From: an uncultured Clostridia bacterium
GTDB taxonomy: Bacteria > Acidobacteriota > Aminicenantia > UBA2199
Direction of reading: 5' to 3'
DNA length: 26,169 bases
Assembly (NCBI GenBank): GCA_964391685.1
Contig: CAYMND010000001.1
Coordinates: forward strand, 1-26,169
Each line of letters starts with the position of its first letter. The stretch's first letter is position 1. The position numbers and the translations under genes were made by a program. Below are positions 20,302 through 26,169 of the stretch, piece after piece. The notes under the pieces are model-generated. The model had not been told where the DNA came from. It did not search any database and worked only from the letters and a program-made list of their open reading frames with translations.

Positions 20302-20991
20302 ATGGTGAGTGTGCACAGGGGAAAGATGTTGCTTCCGAACAAACGAAGCAGATGGAAGCATCTGCTGATTAAAAGCATTGTTGTCGTGTCGATTTTTGCT
20401 GTCGCAGCTCTGCTTCTGTACGTTTCTCATTTTGAACGGATTCTTATCAAACCTTTGATGACTGGAGTTTCTGTCCCCTCGGATTATGGAGATATTATTG
20501 TCGTCTTTGGTGGGGGGATGAGAAGAGACGTCAATGTGCAGATTGGTTTCAGCACCTTGGAGCGTCTGAATCAGGCTGTTTCCCTTTACCAGAACCGGGA
20601 AATGCCGATACTGGTGTCGGATGGCAGCCTGTACCCGAAGAGTCCGGCAATTCCTCTGGTCATAGACTATTTGGTGGGAAAAGGGGTGAATCGGAAACGG
20701 ATTCTGATTGAAGGTAACAGTCAGACAACCCGTGACAACGTGGAGAATACCGTAGAAATCGTAAAAAAACTCGGTTTCAGGGAAATGATTGTCTGTACAT
20801 CGCCATACCATCAGAAAAGATGTCAGGTTCTGTTGCAGAAGGAGCAAATCAAGGATTTTCTGATCGCCGAAAATGTAGATTCGGAAGTGTACCATGCCGT
20901 TTCCTTCGGACAGCGCATGAGGGCGTTCAATCTGATCTTTCACGAGTACATGGCTTTGCTTTTTCTTTGGATCAGCGGCATTTTTCAATAA
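20302..20991 (+). CDS. YdcF/ElyC/SanA family protein (DUF218)
   Basis: N-terminal TM, IIVVFGGG, ERLNQAVSLY, EGNSQTTRDN, VCTSPYHQKR, FHEY. Start may be the ATG at 20326. Confidence 0.88.
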   Translation: MVSVHRGKMLLPNKRSRWKHLLIKSIVVVSIFAVAALLLYVSHFERILIKPLMTGVSVPSDYGDIIVVFGGGMRRDVNVQIGFSTLERLNQAVSLYQNREMPILVSDGSLYPKSPAIPLVIDYLVGKGVNRKRILIEGNSQTTRDNVENTVEIVKKLGFREMIVCTSPYHQKRCQVLLQKEQIKDFLIAENVDSEVYHAVSFGQRMRAFNLIFHEYMALLFLWISGIFQ

Positions 20992-21036
20992 TCAGCGCCG
21001 CAACCCGGATCTGACCGTTTCAACTTTGTACCTTTT

Positions 21037-21465
21037 TTAAGGAAGAGATGTAAGGTGCCGTACGATATCTTCCTGTAAAGCCATCATCTCTCCCTGATCC
21101 TGTTCGTGATCGTAACCTGAAAGGTGCAGCAGACCGTGAACAGCCAGAATCATCAGTTCCACAAGGACCGGATGACCATTTTCTTCCGACTGCTTCACAG
21201 CGACCGGGTAGGCGATGTGGATGTCTCCGGCGTAGGTTGTACCGTCAGGAAGCACCTGATTGAGTACGAAACTCAAAACATCGGTCGGATAATCCTTGTT
21301 GCGATAGCTCAAGTTCAACTGTCTGGATTCCTCCGCTCTGCCGATTCTGATGGTGACGTCCCCTTTAATTGGAAGAGTGAATAATAAAGGAGTCAGTTTT
21401 TTGTCGAGAAATTCGATGACTTCGTTCTCGATATCGGGATATTCCTGACAGTCTATCTCAAGCAT
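21037..21465 (-). CDS. ybeY: rRNA maturation endoribonuclease YbeY
   Basis: LNLSYRNKDYPTDVLSF, GDIHI, HGLLHLSGYDH (H-x3-H-x5-H). Confidence 0.96.
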   Translation of the reverse strand: MLEIDCQEYPDIENEVIEFLDKKLTPLLFTLPIKGDVTIRIGRAEESRQLNLSYRNKDYPTDVLSFVLNQVLPDGTTYAGDIHIAYPVAVKQSEENGHPVLVELMILAVHGLLHLSGYDHEQDQGEMMALQEDIVRHLTSLP

Positions 21466-23740
21466 TGATGCTCTTCGGAGATTCGTTGGCTGTAAAATTA
21501 AAACCGGGATAGGAAATTCGCATGTGATAGATCGAAGACAGTTTCTTGTAGAAACTTGTAGAAATGATCGACAAAGTCTGAAAGGTCAACCCGTTACATT
21601 CGCTGAACTGATTTTCATCAATATTGGATTCAATCACTTTTTCGATCACTTTCTTGATTTCTGCATCGCTGGGTTTCGACAGGCTCTTGGAGGCTGCCTC
21701 AACCTGATCGGCAATCATGATGACTGCATTTTCGATGGTCTGAGGCTTTTTCCCGGGGTATTGGAAGTCACTCGGATCGACATCCGCCTTCTTACCGTTG
21801 GTCCTGAGAGACAATGCTTTGTCGTAGAAGAATTTCACGATTTTGCTGCCGTGGTGCTGATTTATGGCTGCTGCAATCTCAGAAGGAAGTTTCAGTTTTA
21901 CAGCCAGTTCCAGGCCATGGTTCACATGGTTGATGATGGATCGTGCACTTTCCAGCGGAGTCATGTTGTCGTGTGGCGAAGTATAAACGCTGTAATTCTC
22001 TGTAAAAAACTGGGGAGAATCAATCTTGCCGATATCATGATAGAGGGCCATCGCCGTGAGCAGAAGAGGGGATATGTTGAGATCCAGCGCGGCTGATTCG
22101 GCAAGCGAAGCGACCATCTGGGAATGATGATACGTTCCCGGGGCTTTTTCCAGCATCTGACGGAAAATCGGGAGATTGAGGTTAGTCAGTTCTATCAATT
22201 TCAGTTCAGTGACCAGTTTGAAGCCGGTTTCCAGAATCGGGATGAACGAGCTGGCCAAAATGGTGCTGATCAGGGCCGAGCTGACTGCCATGGCCGTGTT
22301 GGTGAAAAACAGGGAAAAAGTGAACTCCTGCTTGTCGATATAAAGAAGGGAAGCGAAAAGGACCTGTGTCGGCAAGACCCAGAGAAGCGCGCTTTTGAAT
22401 ATGGTCGATCTTTTCAGACGGAGGAAGAACTCGACACCCAGGGCGGCCATTAGGTTTCCGGCTAGAATGTATAGACTCAAATGGAGATCCCAGTTCGAAA
22501 ATATTCCTCCAAGAATGGCATTGAAGAAAGAAAAAAACACCGCATGAGGAAAAGAAAAGATGAAGGAAACGATCAGGGCGGAGAATGTAAACGGGATTGC
22601 GAAGAAGAGGGTATGACTGGAATAATTCACTTCCAAGGGGATGTTTTCCAGTACAAGAGGAGTCAGAAATATCACCAGGCGGTATACGATGACGCTGAGG
22701 GACAGAAGGAGGACGAAAACATTGAAAGCCTTATGATGATTCTTACTGGGAGATTTCCATTGCAGAAACAACATTTTCATGAAGAAAAGAAGCAGTACCG
22801 AAGCAATGAATATGATCAGGTACGGAGGTACCGGATTACTCGATTTTGACTGATTGGAGTTGATCAATGAAAGCAGGCGAAGATCCTCATCATTGAATTC
22901 ATCGCCTTTCCTGACCAGAATTTTTCCGGCTTTCAGCTTGATCAATACCGGATTCACCTGCGACAGGGCTTTCTGTTTTTCGATCTGGGTCAAGCTGTCG
23001 GAATATGTCAGATTCGAACCGATGAATTCCATGATCTGATTGGACAGAAGGTCGGCGTCGGCTGAATTGAACGGTTTCTCCGTGAGATATTTAATTATGG
23101 TGTCTTTGGTCTCTTTCAGGTCGTGGACTTCCTCCAGGAAAAACGGTCCCTTCTTCTTGCCCGCCTGATGAATCTGAATCCGGTTTTGTGAATCGGTTTT
23201 CGAGCTGATCTTGGAAGCGAGAATGCCGGATTTTGCCAGTTCACTGTACTTTTTCAGAAGATCATTGATCTCAAGGATCGAGAATGAGGAGGAGCGGAGC
23301 AGTTGACGGACTTGAGTCTTGCTGAGAGAAATCGTGAACCGTTCCAGCAGCTTCTGCTGAAGACTGTCGATGCGAGCGGATTCCGGTGCATCTTTGTCTT
23401 TTCTGGAATTGGTGACGATTTCGTACCATTCACTGATCAAACCGATGCTTCGGTTGATTTGATCCTGATGAAATTCATAGACCGGAAGAACATTTTCCTG
23501 GGCTTTTTGACGCTCGGAATTGGTTGCGTCGCTGTCCTCCAGGGTGATGTCTTCGTGGATGATGATGTCGTCTCCAGCAATATCGCCGGTTTTGACATTC
23601 GAATGTATCGGAACGGTCACTTTGGGGATATAGAGGAAATAGGTCAGTATCAGAGAGAGTGCCAGTAGTGCTACGATGAAAAAGAATCGGTTTCTGGAAC
23701 CGGTTGCTGACTTGTTTTCTTTCGATATAAATGCTTTCAT
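21458..23740 (-). CDS. 7TM-HD (HDIG) membrane phosphohydrolase, PgpH-like
   Basis: N-terminal TM, large extracytoplasmic domain, multi-TM block, APGTYHHSQMV, YHDIGK, IINHV, QHHG, YPGKKP, MIADQVEAASKSL; located between phoH and ybeY. Confidence 0.93.
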   Translation of the reverse strand: MKAFISKENKSATGSRNRFFFIVALLALSLILTYFLYIPKVTVPIHSNVKTGDIAGDDIIIHEDITLEDSDATNSERQKAQENVLPVYEFHQDQINRSIGLISEWYEIVTNSRKDKDAPESARIDSLQQKLLERFTISLSKTQVRQLLRSSSFSILEINDLLKKYSELAKSGILASKISSKTDSQNRIQIHQAGKKKGPFFLEEVHDLKETKDTIIKYLTEKPFNSADADLLSNQIMEFIGSNLTYSDSLTQIEKQKALSQVNPVLIKLKAGKILVRKGDEFNDEDLRLLSLINSNQSKSSNPVPPYLIIFIASVLLLFFMKMLFLQWKSPSKNHHKAFNVFVLLLSLSVIVYRLVIFLTPLVLENIPLEVNYSSHTLFFAIPFTFSALIVSFIFSFPHAVFFSFFNAILGGIFSNWDLHLSLYILAGNLMAALGVEFFLRLKRSTIFKSALLWVLPTQVLFASLLYIDKQEFTFSLFFTNTAMAVSSALISTILASSFIPILETGFKLVTELKLIELTNLNLPIFRQMLEKAPGTYHHSQMVASLAESAALDLNISPLLLTAMALYHDIGKIDSPQFFTENYSVYTSPHDNMTPLESARSIINHVNHGLELAVKLKLPSEIAAAINQHHGSKIVKFFYDKALSLRTNGKKADVDPSDFQYPGKKPQTIENAVIMIADQVEAASKSLSKPSDAEIKKVIEKVIESNIDENQFSECNGLTFQTLSIISTSFYKKLSSIYHMRISYPGFNFTANESPKSINA

Positions 23741-24684
23741 GTGTCTGCTGACTCTTGGTCATAATCATAAGCATCGATGATTCGCTGCACCAAAGGGTGC
23801 CGGACGACATCGCTTCTGTTCAGTTCGACAAAGGATATATCCTGAATCGGGCGGAGAATTCTGACGGCATGGTGTATACCGGATTTCTCGGGATTGGGAA
23901 GGTCGATCTGAGTGATGTCTGCGGTAACGACCACTTTGGAAGCCTGTCCGAAACGTGTCAGAAACATTTTCATCTGTGAACGGAGCGTATTCTGTCCTTC
24001 ATCCAGAATAATGAAAGATCTGTTGATGGTGCGACCGCGCATGTAGGCCAGGGGAGCGATTTCGATGATCCCTTTTTCGATGAGTTCGGCAGTTCTTTCG
24101 ATACCGATCAGATCATGCAGTGAATCGTAAAGCGGCCGGAAATAGGGGTTGACCTTCTCCTGGATATCGCCTGGAAGGAAACCAAGGCTCTCACCGGCTT
24201 CAACCACCGGGCGGGTCAGGACGATTCTGTCGACATTGCGGTTGAGAAGGTGAAACAATGCCAATGCGATGGCAAGATAGGTTTTTCCGCAGCCGGCAGG
24301 ACCCAGGGCGAACACGAGATCGTGTTCAAATACAGCTTTCAGGTAATGATTCTGATTTACGGTTTTGGGAGAAACGGACCGGTTGTTGATCTTCAATATA
24401 ATCGGTTTTTCCGATCCGGTCGAATCATTCTGCCGGTTACCGCGGAGAAGGGAGTCAATTGCCAGATCCAAGGCTTCCGTTGTCAAGGAGACGGCAGGAC
24501 TGATGAATTGACTGCTCAGAAAACGTCGAAAAATTTTTTTCCCTTCTACTGAGCCGTCGTATAGAATCTTCGAACCGCGATGAGTAATGTGTAATTTCAG
24601 CTTTGTTTCAATTTCCGGAAGTCTCTGAATCAGGGTGTTGAATCCTTCTTCATGAGCACTATCCGTGATGTCGAACTGATCCAT
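23737..24684 (-). CDS. phoH: PhoH-family ATPase
   Basis: GPAGCGKT, LTRPVVEAGESLGFLPGD, PLAYMRGRT, LDEGQN, MFLTRFG, DVVRHPLV. Confidence 0.95.
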   Translation of the reverse strand: MDQFDITDSAHEEGFNTLIQRLPEIETKLKLHITHRGSKILYDGSVEGKKIFRRFLSSQFISPAVSLTTEALDLAIDSLLRGNRQNDSTGSEKPIILKINNRSVSPKTVNQNHYLKAVFEHDLVFALGPAGCGKTYLAIALALFHLLNRNVDRIVLTRPVVEAGESLGFLPGDIQEKVNPYFRPLYDSLHDLIGIERTAELIEKGIIEIAPLAYMRGRTINRSFIILDEGQNTLRSQMKMFLTRFGQASKVVVTADITQIDLPNPEKSGIHHAVRILRPIQDISFVELNRSDVVRHPLVQRIIDAYDYDQESADT

Positions 24685-24722
24685 TATTCGCTCATTTTGA
24701 TTAAACTGTGTGGTATTATCCG

Positions 24723-24751
24723 ATTATAGTGAATAGATATACCCAAGTCAA
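24723..24751 (-). promoter_or_regulatory. Near-consensus sigma70 promoter for phoH-HD-ybeY
   Basis: Minus strand reads TTGACT-N17-TATAAT, ending about 40 nt upstream of the phoH ATG. Confidence 0.7.
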
Positions 24752-24873
24752 TCATGGCCTTGTCGGAATTGATTCTTACATCGATTCTGATCCGGGTGAA
24801 AGACATGAGGGGCAGTTTTGATTAATATTATTATTGACGAATCCTGAATATCGGGATGAAGACGGAGTATGGT

Positions 24874-25329
24874 ATGACTTTGCTGCAGTTGCCGAAAGTT
24901 GAATTGAAAGTGGGAATCGCTTTTCGGTCGGGTTCCGAAAGCCTTCACTGGGGGACTGTTTTCCTGGAGTCGAGTTCTCCTTTCCATGATGGCCCGGAAA
25001 CAGTGGAAAATTTTCTGAACCGGAGGAAGGAACAATTTTTCCCTTTTTTCGACCATCAGAACAATAAGTTCTTCCAGGTGAACCGGAAGGCGATATTTTT
25101 CCTGTATGAACCGATAGTGGAGACTGAGCGCATGATCGGAGCGCCGGCCATGGTTTTTCTTTCAGATGGGGGAGCTCACGATGTTTTCCAGATCACCGAC
25201 CTTCCGAGTGACCATTCAAGGTTGCAGGATTACATGAATCTCGACCGGGAGTTCCTGGTGTTTTCTAAAACAGAAGCCCTGCTGTATTTCAATAGAAGCC
25301 ATATTTTGAAGGTCACCGAACATGAATAA
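24874..25329 (+). CDS. Hypothetical protein with an internal two-fold repeat
   Basis: Open frame with GGAG RBS 6 nt before ATG 24874 (track start 24856); overlaps the pilT start by 8 nt; the two halves share a hydrophobic/NR pattern. Confidence 0.75.
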   Translation: MTLLQLPKVELKVGIAFRSGSESLHWGTVFLESSSPFHDGPETVENFLNRRKEQFFPFFDHQNNKFFQVNRKAIFFLYEPIVETERMIGAPAMVFLSDGGAHDVFQITDLPSDHSRLQDYMNLDREFLVFSKTEALLYFNRSHILKVTEHE

Positions 25330-26169
25330 TATCAAACGGATCGTGGATGCCCTGATCAACTGGAATGGAATCCGGGTAGTGATAAACAAGATTGAACCGA
25401 TTTTTCTGGAAAAGGATCATCAGAAAATCCCCCTTCTGAAGAAAACGCTGGACGACAGGGAGTATCTGCTGCTGAAGCAGGAATTGACAAGCTTTTCAGG
25501 AGGATCCTCGCGTTTTGTGGTACAGGGGAAAGTCCTGGATATCGTCGAAGATCAGGAACAACTTGAGATCGCCGTGCATCAGCCTGATTCCATGCCGGAA
25601 ATGACGGCACCTGCCGAACTGAAGTCCGAGGTGGCTGAAACATCACCCGAAACGGCAGCCGAATCAGCCAAAGAGGTTGAGAAGCAGGAAAAGGACATGA
25701 TCGGTGTTCAGATCGAAAAATACGATACGGACACCATCGAGGGGTTGCTTTGCATGATGGTGGACATGAAAGCATCCGATCTTCATCTCAGCAGTAACTG
25801 TTCGCCGTATATGCGCATCGATGGTGAGATGTTGTCCATTGATCAGCTCGAACCGGTGAGTTCAGAAGAGTTATGGGAACGGTTGACCGTGATTATGCCG
25901 AAACGAAACCAGGAAGAGTTCAACAGCTGCAAGGATACTGATTTCGCTCATGAAATAGCGGGCTTTGGAAGATTTCGATCCAATATTTTCCAGGACCAAC
26001 GCGGAATCGGTGCGGTTTTTCGGTTGATTCCATCAGAGATTCTCAGTGCTGAAGTTCTGAAGGTCCCGTCGGCGATCCTCGAGTTGTGCAAAATGCCCAA
26101 AGGGCTTCTGCTGGTCACCGGGCCGACGGGAAGCGGGAAATCGACTACGCTGGCTTCTCTGATTCATCA
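25322..26169 (+). CDS. pilT: Type IV pilus retraction ATPase PilT/PilU with N-terminal extension (3' part outside window)
   Basis: Manual translation from ATG 25322 is open to the window end: ...MVDMKASDLHLSSNCSPYMRIDG..DTDFAHEIAGFGRFRSNIFQDQRGIGAVFRLIP..GLLLVTGPTGSGKSTTLASLI (Walker A). PilT vs PilU cannot be decided without the C-terminal AIRNLIRE region. Not in the ORF track. Confidence 0.92.
   Translation, partial: MNNIKRIVDALINWNGIRVVINKIEPIFLEKDHQKIPLLKKTLDDREYLLLKQELTSFSGGSSRFVVQGKVLDIVEDQEQLEIAVHQPDSMPEMTAPAELKSEVAETSPETAAESAKEVEKQEKDMIGVQIEKYDTDTIEGLLCMMVDMKASDLHLSSNCSPYMRIDGEMLSIDQLEPVSSEELWERLTVIMPKRNQEEFNSCKDTDFAHEIAGFGRFRSNIFQDQRGIGAVFRLIPSEILSAEVLKVPSAILELCKMPKGLLLVTGPTGSGKSTTLASLIH

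Noticed and set aside
20092-20988. Long antisense ORFs (20092-20988, also 9455-10234, 11563-12315, 7382-8002, 21524-22096)
   Set aside because: They lie opposite well-supported genes, have no recognisable motifs or RBS, and are expected from codon bias on the sense strand.
24841-24857. Imperfect inverted repeat ATCCTGA-ATA-TCGGGAT upstream of the hypothetical-pilT genes
   Set aside because: A single 7-bp imperfect stem with no second copy in the window; could arise by chance.

Overview
Gene-dense bacterial chromosomal window, mostly housekeeping, with no tRNA/rRNA, CRISPR array, mobile element or tandem DNA repeat that I can see. Left to right: the 5' part of pyruvate:ferredoxin/flavodoxin oxidoreductase (nifJ/por, minus strand, runs off the left edge and is absent from the ORF track); a divergent DUF151 bifunctional-nuclease-family gene; a minus-strand mazG + GH13 alpha-amylase-family pair; a ~15.7 kb plus-strand run (DUF1844, TPR/Zn-motif polytopic membrane protein, DUF4388 protein with tandem MshEN motifs, ribF, tig, clpP, clpX, lon, engB/yihA, rho, ptb-like acyltransferase, LolA-like protein, ECF sigma, zinc anti-sigma, beta-helix/bactofilin-like membrane protein, YdcF/DUF218); the minus-strand phoH - 7TM-HD phosphohydrolase - ybeY operon; and a divergent hypothetical gene coupled to a PilT/PilU ATPase (runs off the right edge, also absent from the ORF track). 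The gene content suggests an anaerobic diderm, possibly Acidobacteriota/Aminicenantes-like (inference only). Best leads: a translationally coupled DUF1844-TPR/Zn-DUF4388(MshEN)-ribF module that may be an undescribed c-di-GMP-responsive membrane complex; a PilT with an apparent degenerate duplicate of its N-terminal domain, paired with an internally duplicated hypothetical protein; and a LonA missing part of its conserved long helix. All family calls come from motif recognition, not database searches.
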